DNA of 64,000 bases, taken from a virus. The notes beneath the pieces are model-generated. The model was not told the DNA's origin. It did not search any database and saw only the letters and a program-made list of their open reading frames with translations. Position 1 is the stretch's first letter; every line of letters begins with the position of its first letter. Positions 1 to 21,908 of this stretch are shown here, in pieces. A program made the position numbers and the translations under genes. The DNA lies in IMG/VR virus record IMGVR_UViG_3300042520_003271, positions 1 through 64,000 of that record; one strand, 5' to 3'.

Positions 1-1330
1 ATGTATCTCTTGATACTAAGTTGCCTAAACCTAGCTGGCCCTTGTCATTTAGGCCTGTTACTTTATAATTATATTTAAGGATAGTCGGCGTTGGCGTTGG
101 CGTTGGAGTTGGAGTTGGGGTTGGGGTTGGGGTAGGTGTTGTAGGAGCAGCTACGCAAGCTAATCTTACACCATCTGGGAAAGCGCCCGAGAAGTTATAT
201 TGTACATGATAAAAGAAACCGTCAGAAAATATCGTGTTACCTATATTGGTCACTTTGTCGCTAGGCGCAAATGTATCCCAAATTACACCATTAGTCGATC
301 GTTCGACATTTCCGCCTTGAGTAACACAAATGAAATAACCATTGCCAAACGCTAAGGAGTATACAGCGCTAGAAGAAGGGCGTATTCTTCTTGACCATGT
401 CTGGCCAAAATCTGTCGATACTGCGCATACACCAGAATCACCTGTTACTGCTATTATTGCTGAATTATTTGAACAGGCGATGGTGCGATAAAAGCCATCT
501 AAAGGCATCGAGGTAGGAATGAACGTTGGGAAAGGATCAATAGCCGACCTTGTTGATACAATACTTTCACCATTGTAGCCAACTGCAATATAAAGACCAT
601 TCTGATATACTAAGTCTTGCCAATTAGCTAGTGTAGGCAAGGTTAATAGGATCCACCCAAAGGTCCCATGCTTACGGTATGCTATTTTATTACTGATGTT
701 TTGTCTAGGATTGATACCATCATCATAGGCATTAGATATCGCATAATATGTTTTATTAATATCATTATAGACGATCTTTTTCCAATTATAGCCCGATGGC
801 AAAGGGTTATCATCTGTCCAATTAGCTTGCGTTCCGGTGTTGCTGGCAGTAACTCCATTTTCAGCGATGGCTATAAAGCCCAACGTCTCGCCTACGTAGA
901 CCACAGAAGTCCAAGCATTGGAGCTCGGAAGCACGGTGGTCGTCCACGAAATACCACCATCCGTAGAATACGCCGCAGAATTCGAAGTAAGCGTAGTATT
1001 GTCGACTTTACCGGCGATAGCTACTAAAATATTATTGCCAAAAGTTATGGCTGTCCATCCCCTTCTGAGTTTCAGATCCATCGGGATACTGGTGGCAGCG
1101 CAACCAACTGGCGTTGGTGTTGTTGGGATTGGCGTTGTTGGGATTGGCGTTGTTGGCGATGATGTGCAAGAGCTACTGGCCAGCACCCATGTTAAAATTC
1201 CACCTTTTAATTGTGCTGAATAAGTACAAAAACCAAAGCAACCCTCAGGGCAACTGTAAGGTTGTATCGCACCCACTGGAATACTAGGATTATTAACCGG
1301 CCCGAGATCTTCATAACATGTGCATGCCAT
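1..1330 (-). CDS. Modular fibre/adhesin-like protein, 5' part only (Cys-rich leader, PT linker, Asp-box propeller, PT linker, start of RCC1 repeat); runs off the left edge
   Basis: Not in the ORF track because there is no stop in the window. Manual translation from ATG at 1330 is open to base 2: MACTCYEDLG...PTTPIPTTPIP...YSTDGGISW...STDFGQTW...STNGVIW...PTPTPTPT...GLNDKGQLGLGNLVSRDT. Confidence 0.8.
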   Translation of the reverse strand, partial: MACTCYEDLGPVNNPSIPVGAIQPYSCPEGCFGFCTYSAQLKGGILTWVLASSSCTSSPTTPIPTTPIPTTPTPVGCAATSIPMDLKLRRGWTAITFGNNILVAIAGKVDNTTLTSNSAAYSTDGGISWTTTVLPSSNAWTSVVYVGETLGFIAIAENGVTASNTGTQANWTDDNPLPSGYNWKKIVYNDINKTYYAISNAYDDGINPRQNISNKIAYRKHGTFGWILLTLPTLANWQDLVYQNGLYIAVGYNGESIVSTRSAIDPFPTFIPTSMPLDGFYRTIACSNNSAIIAVTGDSGVCAVSTDFGQTWSRRIRPSSSAVYSLAFGNGYFICVTQGGNVERSTNGVIWDTFAPSDKVTNIGNTIFSDGFFYHVQYNFSGAFPDGVRLACVAAPTTPTPTPTPTPTPTPTPTPTILKYNYKVTGLNDKGQLGLGNLVSRDT

Positions 1331-1349
1331 AATTTATAACTCTATATGT

Positions 1350-1439
1350 TTAAAGTTTACTGGTTATTTTCAATGATGGCTTTTCTGGAATAGACGCCAC
1401 GATTTTGGTGCTTGTCTTTTCTATCAATTTATTATCCAT
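1350..1439 (-). CDS. Possible 29-aa peptide MDNKLIEKTSTKIVASIPEKPSLKITSKL
   Basis: ATG overlaps the protease stop codon (TAATG) and the ORF fills the gap; no homology evidence. Confidence 0.3.
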   Translation of the reverse strand: MDNKLIEKTSTKIVASIPEKPSLKITSKL

Positions 1440-2785
1440 TAGGGTGTTGGTGTTGGTGTAGGCGTTGGAGTCGCTGCAAAACCGGCCTGATAATAAATCT
1501 TTCCGTCAATTGTAATCGTAGGCTGATTGGCCCTTGGGTCGGTAAGACTTATAGTGTAAGTTCTAGGCACAGCCGCTGTTGTGTTATGAGTACTACTGTA
1601 AGCTTCGATTCTTAATTCTTGCGCTACTCTATCAATTCTACAGGCGAATCCGCTTCCTCCATTTCCCGCAAAAACTATGCCTATTATTTTTTCTACACCA
1701 TCAATTTCTGCTATCAACGCAGATCCAGAGTCACCACCTGCTGACGGCCACAGCGATCCGTCTACATGTTGGTAGGCTATAACGTCGCCATAATTAAGTA
1801 TCGTGCCAGCTTGAGATACCGACATCGCAACACCAAGACCTGTTATTTTTAACTCGCAATTAGCAGACCTCTTAGAAAAGCCTTTAGGCCCAGTCGTTCT
1901 TCCTGTGCTGCTGATGCGTCTTCCCCCAGCTATCAACCCGTCTATTTCGCTGGTAGTAGCAAAAGGCGGGATAGGCTTGTTGGTGTAATAGTCGTCGTCT
2001 GCGCTGTGCCAAGTGTTATAAGACGACTCCACATCGATATACGAATCAACAGGCATATAAATTGCTGCATCTACATAATTTATACCTGTTTTGACTATTG
2101 GAATATACCTTTTTAATCTCCCCACATTGTCGAAATTTGGATAAACATTGTGAGCGACTACTCCTGGAGGATATTTATTACCGTCCCCCGCCCATGTCAT
2201 ATCATGGTAGATATTGTAAGGGTCTATCGCCTCCAAAGCGGTATCTCTAGCTGTTGCTATGATATTTCTATATATGACAACATGGCTATTTGTGAGGCCA
2301 ACGACCCTAGAATCGATACTATCAAGACAAATCAAACCCAAGGTTCCTGCGGTAAAAGAAAAACGGCTTGTGCCAGCAACAGCTTGCCAAGCTGTGGGGT
2401 ATTGCGTTATCTGTTGGCCACCCTTCATTGGTGTTAAAAGTGGTCCTTGGAATCCTTGCAATCGCGTGATATTAGTGTCTGTAGAAGTAAAACCTTGATA
2501 AGGAGGATTATACTTGTTTATGTAGCAAGATAAATTCATAGCAAGGCTGGCTTCGACAACATCGGTAATCATATCAACACCGTCTATTGTTATCGTAGAT
2601 GGTAATACATCAGACGGTTTAAGATCACTTATATTTTGTTTCTTTAAGACATTAAAAACTATACCTATTCGACCAGTATTAACACCATCTCTATACTTAT
2701 AACCAAGACTTACTCCATGAACATCGTCTGGCGTAATATTATAAAGCTCTTCAATTTTAGCTTTCATACCTTCTGTTAATATCAT
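1439..2785 (-). CDS. Trypsin-like (S1, Nal1-like) serine protease with C-terminal PT tract
   Basis: Triad motifs GTLG...LTNSHV (His), YVDAAI (Asp), GGDSGS (Ser); N-terminal GVSLGYK...IVFNVLKK...LP...TDVVE segment resembles the Nal1 N-domain. Confidence 0.8.
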   Translation of the reverse strand: MILTEGMKAKIEELYNITPDDVHGVSLGYKYRDGVNTGRIGIVFNVLKKQNISDLKPSDVLPSTITIDGVDMITDVVEASLAMNLSCYINKYNPPYQGFTSTDTNITRLQGFQGPLLTPMKGGQQITQYPTAWQAVAGTSRFSFTAGTLGLICLDSIDSRVVGLTNSHVVIYRNIIATARDTALEAIDPYNIYHDMTWAGDGNKYPPGVVAHNVYPNFDNVGRLKRYIPIVKTGINYVDAAIYMPVDSYIDVESSYNTWHSADDDYYTNKPIPPFATTSEIDGLIAGGRRISSTGRTTGPKGFSKRSANCELKITGLGVAMSVSQAGTILNYGDVIAYQHVDGSLWPSAGGDSGSALIAEIDGVEKIIGIVFAGNGGSGFACRIDRVAQELRIEAYSSTHNTTAAVPRTYTISLTDPRANQPTITIDGKIYYQAGFAATPTPTPTPTP

Positions 2786-2797
2786 GATTATACCTCT

Positions 2798-4951
2798 TTA
2801 GTCCCACGCTGTGTATAGTACATCTAAGCTAGGTGTAGGTGTAGGTGTAGGTGTAGGTGTAGGTGTAGGTGTAGGTGTAGGTGTAGGTGTAGGTGTAGGT
2901 GTAGGTGTAGGTGTAGGTGTAGGTGTAGGTGTTCCAATACTTGCTGCTGCTAAACCTTGGCGCGCTGTCCCTACGCCAGCGACATCTCCTGAGACAACGC
3001 CGGTATTAGATACAAGATTTATCATTGACACAGCACCATTAAATCCATACCCAAAGATAGCCCTGCCGCCACCATAACCAGCAGCTGCTAAATCCCATCT
3101 TGCCGTTCCTACGCCTGTTGTGTCAGTCGCCATAACTCCAGTATTCGATACTAAATTGCTCATAGAGACATAAACAGTACCATTAAATCCATATCCAAAG
3201 ATCGCCTTGTCCGTTCCATAGACTGCTGCTGCCAAACCATATCTGGCCGTTCCTACACCAGCAGTATCGGTGGCTACAACACCAGTAGATGAAACAAGAT
3301 TACTAAATGAAACATATGCAGCGCCATCATTGCCATATCCGAAGATAGCCTTATCGGTTCCATAACTAGCTGCTGCGAGAGCATATCTTGGCGTACCTAC
3401 TCCTGTTGTGTCTGACGAGACTACACCTGTGTTCGTAACTAAATTTATAAGTGAGTAATGCCCAGAACTACCACCACCAAACCCAAATATAGCTTTATCC
3501 GTTCCATAACTTGCTGCGGCCAGTTGTTCTCTAGCAGTTCCAACACCTGTAGTATCAGATGCGACTACGCCAGTATTTGAAACAAGATTCGTCATTGTGG
3601 CATATGCCATGGCAGCACCATTAGCATTTGTATTACCATAGCCAAATATGGCTTTATCACCGCCATAGCTTGCTGCTGCTAGCCTATATCTATTCGTTCC
3701 AACACCTACTGTGTCAGTCGATACTACGCCGGTGTCTGAGACTAAATTAGTTATGTTGGTAGCAGACCCAGAAATCCCGACTCCACCTACTACGCCAAAA
3801 CCAAAAATAGCACGACTAGTACTTGCCGGCGTTGGAGTAGGTGTTGGTGTTGGAGCGGGGGCAGGGGCAGTATAGGAAGCAGAGATAATAAGATTATCGC
3901 CGGTGGTTGGTACTATGGTAATATCTTTCCAAACGCCATTGGGCTGCAATATTGCTGGCATACTTCCATTTGGGATAATTAGATTATTTCCATCGAACAC
4001 AAAATTACCTGTGGCCATGGTTGATGTTTCATAACTCCACACTAATCCGTCGATGCTAGAATAAATAGAGGGTGGCGATGTAGAATAGGTATAAACATAA
4101 TATTTCTCGAATACAGGATCATATCCAGCAAAGCTCCAACCGCCGCCACCGACTGTTGGCGTATTACCGTAAATAAAATCATTGAAATCAGTAGTAACTG
4201 CGCATCTGTTACCTGTTTTTATAGTGCCAGAAGATATTCCATTTTGGACGAATACAAATTTCCCTTTTCCGTAGGCTGCACCAAACCAGCCGTACTTGTT
4301 ATTTATATCGCCGAGTATTCTTTTCCATATCCAATTAGCGCCATTATCTAAAGAATATAGAACTCCACCATATTGATCGCTGCACGCGATTATATTCGTG
4401 TTGTTTCCAACGATACTGCTTAAGCCTACGTTGTGTGCAGGCCTGTCGGTATTTATAGTCTGATAGTCCCAATTTATACCGTCGGTTGATTTTATACATG
4501 AGCTTCCGTCATCGTTCATGACGATGAAAATGCCATTCGTAAAAGCAGCAGGCCCTATAGCGAACGATTTACTCGGCGGCTGCCAAGAAGATATAAAATC
4601 AGCTGGTATAGAACCTTGTAACCAATTAACACCGTCTTGTGACGATAAAGATATGAGCTTATCAACTATATCTATCAGTACAAATCTACCATTACCATAA
4701 AGAATGCTATGCCAGTTTCCTTCAATAGGTAATTGGAAAGGTAGCCATGTGTTTATGTTATCAGCTATCCAAGCTTGCTTAGTAGGACTATTTTGATAGC
4801 CAGCCTTATAAATTGTCGCAATGTATTTAAGAGTGCCAGCCGGTGTCGGTGTCGGCGTTGGTGTCGGGGCTGGTGTTGGGGTCGGTGTTGGTACTGGCGC
4901 TGGAGGAGCGTTACGCCCTGGGTAGATTATTGCCTCTTGTTTCCATACCAT
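2798..4951 (-). CDS. Modular beta-propeller protein (Asp-box propeller plus ~44-aa Kelch-like repeat propeller, PT linkers)
   Basis: SQDGVNW, STDGINW, SLDNGANW, SIDGLVW Asp-boxes; about six repeats of AIFGYG..NLVSNTGVVATDTTGVGTAR..LAAA; three PT tracts. Confidence 0.75.
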   Translation of the reverse strand: MVWKQEAIIYPGRNAPPAPVPTPTPTPAPTPTPTPTPAGTLKYIATIYKAGYQNSPTKQAWIADNINTWLPFQLPIEGNWHSILYGNGRFVLIDIVDKLISLSSQDGVNWLQGSIPADFISSWQPPSKSFAIGPAAFTNGIFIVMNDDGSSCIKSTDGINWDYQTINTDRPAHNVGLSSIVGNNTNIIACSDQYGGVLYSLDNGANWIWKRILGDINNKYGWFGAAYGKGKFVFVQNGISSGTIKTGNRCAVTTDFNDFIYGNTPTVGGGGWSFAGYDPVFEKYYVYTYSTSPPSIYSSIDGLVWSYETSTMATGNFVFDGNNLIIPNGSMPAILQPNGVWKDITIVPTTGDNLIISASYTAPAPAPTPTPTPTPASTSRAIFGFGVVGGVGISGSATNITNLVSDTGVVSTDTVGVGTNRYRLAAASYGGDKAIFGYGNTNANGAAMAYATMTNLVSNTGVVASDTTGVGTAREQLAAASYGTDKAIFGFGGGSSGHYSLINLVTNTGVVSSDTTGVGTPRYALAAASYGTDKAIFGYGNDGAAYVSFSNLVSSTGVVATDTAGVGTARYGLAAAVYGTDKAIFGYGFNGTVYVSMSNLVSNTGVMATDTTGVGTARWDLAAAGYGGGRAIFGYGFNGAVSMINLVSNTGVVSGDVAGVGTARQGLAAASIGTPTPTPTPTPTPTPTPTPTPTPTPTPTPTPTPTPSLDVLYTAWD
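2831..2932. repeat. Perfect hexamer tandem repeat (AGGTGT)x17 encoding (Thr-Pro)17
   Basis: Read directly from the sequence. Confidence 0.95.
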
Positions 4952-5031
4952 TTATATTCACTCCAACCTGATAAATGCATCAACTATTTATCTTTGTCGG
5001 TTAAGATCTAATAAATTAATATTTAATAAAA

Positions 5032-5655
5032 TTACTGGATCAGTTGCTGTTTGGAGCGATCTTCTAAGGCAGCAGGTTTAAGCTCTATAGATAGCGGGCT
5101 GTCGTTACCACGAAGCATAATTGCTTCCTTAGGTATTAGACCAGCGTTCTGAAGTGCTAATAGTGTCATAGGGTTAGACATGGCATTTCGAATCTTTGCG
5201 GCACTTGGTCGGCCGTGTGCGATTATTTCTGCCTGAATGTCCTTACCAATCATTACCGTAAACTCGTTCGCAGCATTTGCCTCAAACATTTGTTCGTCGG
5301 TATATCCTTCTATCCTTGTCGGCTCTGCTATTTCATAAGCTTCAGCCAATAATTTTTTAAGGATTTCTATTTCATCTAGATTTAATTTAAAAGCTTCAGT
5401 CTGTGTTTGAAAAAAGCTTTCAGTCTCCATAATCTCTGCTTCGAGATTAAGAATAACGTGCGGTAAAGCTTTTATCTTTTTTAGATGCTTTAGTTCTAGC
5501 AGTTTAGCTTGATATTTCTTTTCGCTGATTTCTTCTAGAGCAGCAGCTCTTATTCGGCCCTCTAGAAAACCCTTCAGGGTTTTAATTTTTTCCCAAACTG
5601 TTTCGCCTTGGACTTGGTACCGATAATTAAATTCCGAATTCAACTTGCTTGCCAT
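5032..5655 (-). CDS. Helical hypothetical protein, possible fibre assembly chaperone
   Basis: 207-aa ORF with AAGGAG RBS, charged coiled-coil-like composition; the only large non-repeat, non-protease gene inside the fibre cluster. Function is inferred. Confidence 0.6.
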   Translation of the reverse strand: MASKLNSEFNYRYQVQGETVWEKIKTLKGFLEGRIRAAALEEISEKKYQAKLLELKHLKKIKALPHVILNLEAEIMETESFFQTQTEAFKLNLDEIEILKKLLAEAYEIAEPTRIEGYTDEQMFEANAANEFTVMIGKDIQAEIIAHGRPSAAKIRNAMSNPMTLLALQNAGLIPKEAIMLRGNDSPLSIELKPAALEDRSKQQLIQ

Positions 5656-5690
5656 ATGAGTTTCTCCTTATAATCTATTTACTCTTTAGA

Positions 5691-7646
5691 TTATAACTTA
5701 GCACCAGACGCCTGTTGTTTAAACGTTCCTACTTGGGCTACCTCGCTGCTTGGTATTCCATTATTATTGAAGATCACCGTAGATGATGACGTGTTACTAG
5801 AATTCCAGCCGAAGGAAAAGATCGCTTGCTCTGCTCCAGATTGTCCAAAAGAGGCTGCTGAACCGGCATATTGTCTGAATGTTGCGAATGAACTATCGTT
5901 TAAAACTATGCCATTGTTATCAACAAGATTATAGGTGCCTAATGAACCAGAATTTGCATCACTAGAGCCGCCCCCGAACACTGCCTTGTCTCCTCCATAA
6001 CCGGCGGCGGCGAGGAAAAGGCGAGCTGTTCCAACACCATTAGTATCGGTTGCGACAACACCAGTATTCGACACTAAATTTGTGTTAGAGAAAGTTATCG
6101 CAGGAAAACGATAGTAACCGAATCCAAATATAGCTTTATCTGTACCATAAGAAGTCGCGGCTAGGCCATATCTCGCAGATCCAACTCCTGTGGTGTCAGC
6201 AGATATTATGCCATTGTCAGTTACATAGTTCGTTATGTTTACTGGGATGTATGACTGACCCCATGTCCCAGAATCGCCGAAGCCAAATAGTGCTTTTCCG
6301 GCTCCATATCCTACGGCTGCTAAGTTATATCTCGGTGTGCCGACTCCAGCTACGTCATAAGCCACGATGCCGCCATTAGATATAATGTTCGATAAAGATA
6401 TAACTTGGTAGTTAAGATTAATGCCATATGCAAAAATAGCTTTGCCTGTCCCGCTAGTTCCGAATGATGCTCCCGCCCCTCCTGTTCTAGTCGTAGCAAT
6501 AACCAACAAATCTTCTGAGATAATACCGAGATCTGAAACTGTGTTTATAAAAGTTCTATTATTATTTCCAAAAGCGAATACCGCACCGACTGAAGTAGTG
6601 GGTGTTGGTGTGGGTGTGGGTGTGGGTGTGGGTGTGGGTGTGGGTGTGGGTGTGGGTGTGGGTGTGGGTGTGGGTGTTGGTGTTGGTGTCGGTGTATCGT
6701 TGCTTATAACAATAATAGAATGGTCTTTTATGGCTATATAGTTTGCTGGTCCTGGCAGGTTATGGATCAGGGCTGCGTCAGGAACCTTTAAGTTATGTCC
6801 TAAACCTAATTCACCAAAAGTATTTCCTCCCCAACCATAAACTTGGCCAGTGCTGTCTAGAGCAAGGGCGCTCTTGGTTCCTGCAGCGATTTGGGTTATG
6901 ATCTTAGAAGATGAGGGTGTAGTATTTATTGCTGTCAACACTATTTTATCGTTTGAGTCGAATGGGCCTTGGCCTAGCTGAAAACTGTCATTAGCACCAG
7001 CGCCCCATGGCGTGTTGTCAAGTCTTAAAACGATAGAAAAAGCATCACCAACCGCTGCTGATAACCAATTATTAGCATCTATTAAAACAGGTGTGGTTCG
7101 TAATGATGTATCACCTAGCCCCAATTGTCCTCGTGTATTAGAACCCCATCCCCATAAGTGACCATCGTCGTCTATCAGAAGCATATGATTAGTGCCGCTG
7201 CCTGTAGCAAGACTTTTAAATTTAACCTTGCCACCTATATAGTCAGTCACAACTAACTCTGTGATGGAAACAATGGGATTAAAATTATTGCTTGCCTGTC
7301 TTCCCCAAATATATAAATTGCCTACTGTACTGAGGCCATAAGAACCCCAGTTTGAAGTAGCAACGTCCATCCATTGTATACTATCATTAATTTTAGTAAA
7401 TTCTGTATAGCCAGCGCCGGTGGTGCCAATCCCCAGCTGCCCGTATTCGTTATTCCCTGACGCCCACAATGTCTGGTCGCTCTTGATCAATAAAGTATGG
7501 CCGCTATCAGATATAGACGCTTTAGCCCACGGTCCATACTTGCTTGAGAAGGCCCAATATTCAAATGTTGGTTTAAGACTGCTTGATGTACCTAGCTGGC
7601 CGTAAAAATTGCCGCCGGCTAATAATAAACTGTTGCTTGTAGTCAT
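5691..7646 (-). CDS. RCC1-repeat plus Kelch-like repeat protein with PT linker
   Basis: Repeated WGxNxxGQLGLG motifs, then a PT tract, then AIFGFG/GVGTAR repeats. Confidence 0.8.
   Translation of the reverse strand: MTTSNSLLLAGGNFYGQLGTSSSLKPTFEYWAFSSKYGPWAKASISDSGHTLLIKSDQTLWASGNNEYGQLGIGTTGAGYTEFTKINDSIQWMDVATSNWGSYGLSTVGNLYIWGRQASNNFNPIVSITELVVTDYIGGKVKFKSLATGSGTNHMLLIDDDGHLWGWGSNTRGQLGLGDTSLRTTPVLIDANNWLSAAVGDAFSIVLRLDNTPWGAGANDSFQLGQGPFDSNDKIVLTAINTTPSSSKIITQIAAGTKSALALDSTGQVYGWGGNTFGELGLGHNLKVPDAALIHNLPGPANYIAIKDHSIIVISNDTPTPTPTPTPTPTPTPTPTPTPTPTPTPTPTPTTSVGAVFAFGNNNRTFINTVSDLGIISEDLLVIATTRTGGAGASFGTSGTGKAIFAYGINLNYQVISLSNIISNGGIVAYDVAGVGTPRYNLAAVGYGAGKALFGFGDSGTWGQSYIPVNITNYVTDNGIISADTTGVGSARYGLAATSYGTDKAIFGFGYYRFPAITFSNTNLVSNTGVVATDTNGVGTARLFLAAAGYGGDKAVFGGGSSDANSGSLGTYNLVDNNGIVLNDSSFATFRQYAGSAASFGQSGAEQAIFSFGWNSSNTSSSTVIFNNNGIPSSEVAQVGTFKQQASGAKL
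6607..6672. repeat. Perfect hexamer tandem repeat (GGTGTG)x11 within a PT linker
   Basis: Read directly; degenerate copies flank it (6601-6696). Confidence 0.9.
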
Positions 7647-7691
7647 TATAATCTCGCTTAAATCTTGTTAGAACTAATTCTATAAATTTCA

Positions 7692-19481
<11,790 letters not shown>

Positions 19482-19493
19482 TAATTGATCCTA

Positions 19494-20129
19494 TCAAACG
19501 CTTAAGTTACTAGATTCTTTTTTCCCGAAAAAGTTCACGCCATCGTCAAAAGTCATTAAACCAATGATGTCCATTCTGCCGCCACCACTAAGCATTGGCT
19601 GTTGGCTATTTGGCCACATAACATTTGGAGGCCAATTTACCGTGTGGATACTTGTCGATTCAAATAATAATCGAATATATACCATTTTGCCATTGTGGTC
19701 AATGTTTTCAAAAATTATGTTTGTTATGTTTCCAGTGAGAAGAATATAATGATCATTTGCTAAATTCACGTCTATGCTTAAAACACCACCGGTATGAGAA
19801 ATGCGGTTTACTACTTCATTAGGAGATTTAAAAGTCTTATTATATATATTTTGTGGCGTGTCAAGAGTCATAACTATCGACTCATCGACAGCTATGGTGC
19901 CAGACGTGGTAATCTTGCCGCCTATGAGGCCTTTGCCGGCGGTTATAGATGTTAAAGTGCCTGCGCCGCCTGCTGAAACAAATGGTAGATCACGCCAATT
20001 TTTTACCCCATCACCGATTTTAAATCTGCTAGCATCAGTAGCGTAACCTATTTCACCGATAAACAGAATAGGGTTAACGCTATCCCATTCAGCAACTGTG
20101 CCTCTTCTAAACTGTGCTCTAATTGTCAT
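19494..20129 (-). CDS. Short fibre-family protein with Mtd_N-like anchor domain
   Basis: AQFRRGTVAEW..VNPIL..GEIGYATD..FKIGDG..WRDLPF plus the WPxNVxWP...DI domain shared with the 3929-aa and 589-aa ORFs. Confidence 0.75.
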   Translation of the reverse strand: MTIRAQFRRGTVAEWDSVNPILFIGEIGYATDASRFKIGDGVKNWRDLPFVSAGGAGTLTSITAGKGLIGGKITTSGTIAVDESIVMTLDTPQNIYNKTFKSPNEVVNRISHTGGVLSIDVNLANDHYILLTGNITNIIFENIDHNGKMVYIRLLFESTSIHTVNWPPNVMWPNSQQPMLSGGGRMDIIGLMTFDDGVNFFGKKESSNLSV

Positions 20130-20138
20130 AATTATCTC

Positions 20139-21908
20139 TTATTTTATAAATATATATGCAGCATTTGCATCTATCGCTGAAGATATAGTGGTAGCACCGT
20201 CTGAAGACATACTAGTGGCATATCCAAATCTAATACCGCCAGCAATGTCTGATGGGCCAAACACCGCATCTTCATCATAAGCCAAACCATTTCTATTAAA
20301 AGCATATGTTCTACCTGTGCTCTGATTTACACCGTCAGCCCCGACTACACACTTTGTGCCATCATAGCTAATAGCTATGCTTTGCCCAAATCTATTGCCG
20401 ATATTTTGCACAGTTTCGTTAATTAATTGTAGTTGGACCCAGTTGGTACCGCTCTTGCCGTAAGCTATAATATAACCACCAACACCGCCAGCGGGATCAC
20501 ATACTAAACAGAAATTACCGTCTCCCGATATTTTTACATTGGTGCCAAATCTCGACTGAGCTGGGGCATTTGTAGGAAACAGAGTAAATTGTTTAACCCA
20601 AGCATTATTAACGTTGTTGTAGATATGCGCTTGGTTAGAAGACGGAGCGCCAATAGCAAGATATTTTCCATCTGCGCTAATGTCTAACGAATTGCCAAAC
20701 AGAGTGTTTTGGATATTTCCTTGCTGTAGAATTTTGGCGCTCTGGGACCAAGCATACGTCAACCGATTTAAAGAAAAAATATAAACTGACCCAGCATAAC
20801 CACTACCAATAGAACTTGGAGAACCGACAGCGATTATTGTGGCGTCTTCATTAATAGCGACTGAATTTCCATAAAGCTTTCCAGCTGCAGGATCTGAAAT
20901 GTCGATTTTGGTAAGAAGACTCCAAGCCATGGAGATTCTCTGATATATATAGCAGGTACCAGCTGATGCTCCGTCAGCGGTGTCCATGGGATCACCAATT
21001 ATCAATAAAGCCCCATCAGTAGACAATGCCAATGAATGACCGAAAGCCAAAGCACTCGGAGATGTCGGGATGATTATAGCTTGTCTCTCCCACAGACCGC
21101 TGCTGACCCTATACACGTAAACTTTTGACCCAACAGCATTAGAATAACTGCTACTAACGGCCACATATTCTCCATTGCCAGACATAGCCACAGCAGTACC
21201 ATATTTTATGTCATTTGCCTCAGTAAACTTAGCGACTTGGGTAATTGGCAAATTAGGATTATCGTACTTGATGCCTAGAGCTGTAGCATAAAAAGTTTCA
21301 CCACCGTCGGTAGTCAAAAAGAAATAAACATCTTCTCTTCCATCTGTGCTTAATTGCGGTGTAGTATTATTTTCCCAATGTATCGATGGCGGCCAAGCCA
21401 ATGTATACTTGGCAGGGTTTCTTACGATCATAGTGAAATATGATAATCTTCCATAATCTGGTTTATTTATGAATGTAACCGTATTAATGTTACTGTTTAA
21501 TGATATATAGTAATCTGGACCTTGTGTTAAGTCTAATGTTAATGTATTGCTAGATGTCGAGATGGAAGTAAGATAATCTAAAGTCGATCCAAATGTCTTG
21601 TTAGATAATATCTGCTTATCCTCAAGCGTTGCCACATAATTTTTGTCAAGTGATATAGTGCCAGTATTGGTTATAGTACCGCCTACAAGACCTATTCCTG
21701 CTGTGACTGAATAGACGCTACCAACACTTGACAAATTAGCATATAACAATTCAGACCATGCCGTCTGCCCATCGCCAAATTTTATCTTGTTAGTGTCGGT
21801 TTCAAACCCGACTTCGCCAGCAGCTAATATAACATTTGTAGATGTCCAAGCGCTTGATGTGGCTCTTCTGAATTGTACTCTAATTTTCAAATTATGGTCC
21901 TCCAGCAT
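20139..21908 (-). CDS. Fibre-family protein: Mtd_N-like anchor plus FG-GAP beta-propeller
   Basis: VQFRRATSSAW...GEVGFETDT..KFGDG; about seven (F/Y)GxxVAISxDG...GA repeats. Confidence 0.8.
   Translation of the reverse strand: MLEDHNLKIRVQFRRATSSAWTSTNVILAAGEVGFETDTNKIKFGDGQTAWSELLYANLSSVGSVYSVTAGIGLVGGTITNTGTISLDKNYVATLEDKQILSNKTFGSTLDYLTSISTSSNTLTLDLTQGPDYYISLNSNINTVTFINKPDYGRLSYFTMIVRNPAKYTLAWPPSIHWENNTTPQLSTDGREDVYFFLTTDGGETFYATALGIKYDNPNLPITQVAKFTEANDIKYGTAVAMSGNGEYVAVSSSYSNAVGSKVYVYRVSSGLWERQAIIIPTSPSALAFGHSLALSTDGALLIIGDPMDTADGASAGTCYIYQRISMAWSLLTKIDISDPAAGKLYGNSVAINEDATIIAVGSPSSIGSGYAGSVYIFSLNRLTYAWSQSAKILQQGNIQNTLFGNSLDISADGKYLAIGAPSSNQAHIYNNVNNAWVKQFTLFPTNAPAQSRFGTNVKISGDGNFCLVCDPAGGVGGYIIAYGKSGTNWVQLQLINETVQNIGNRFGQSIAISYDGTKCVVGADGVNQSTGRTYAFNRNGLAYDEDAVFGPSDIAGGIRFGYATSMSSDGATTISSAIDANAAYIFIK

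Noticed and set aside
2935-3815. Regularly spaced ~130-150 bp repeats resembling a CRISPR array
   Set aside because: They are degenerate coding repeats with synonymous variation, not identical repeats with unique spacers.
113-6696. Telomere-like TTGGGG and TG1-3 runs
   Set aside because: They are internal and in-frame Pro-Thr codons within ORFs.
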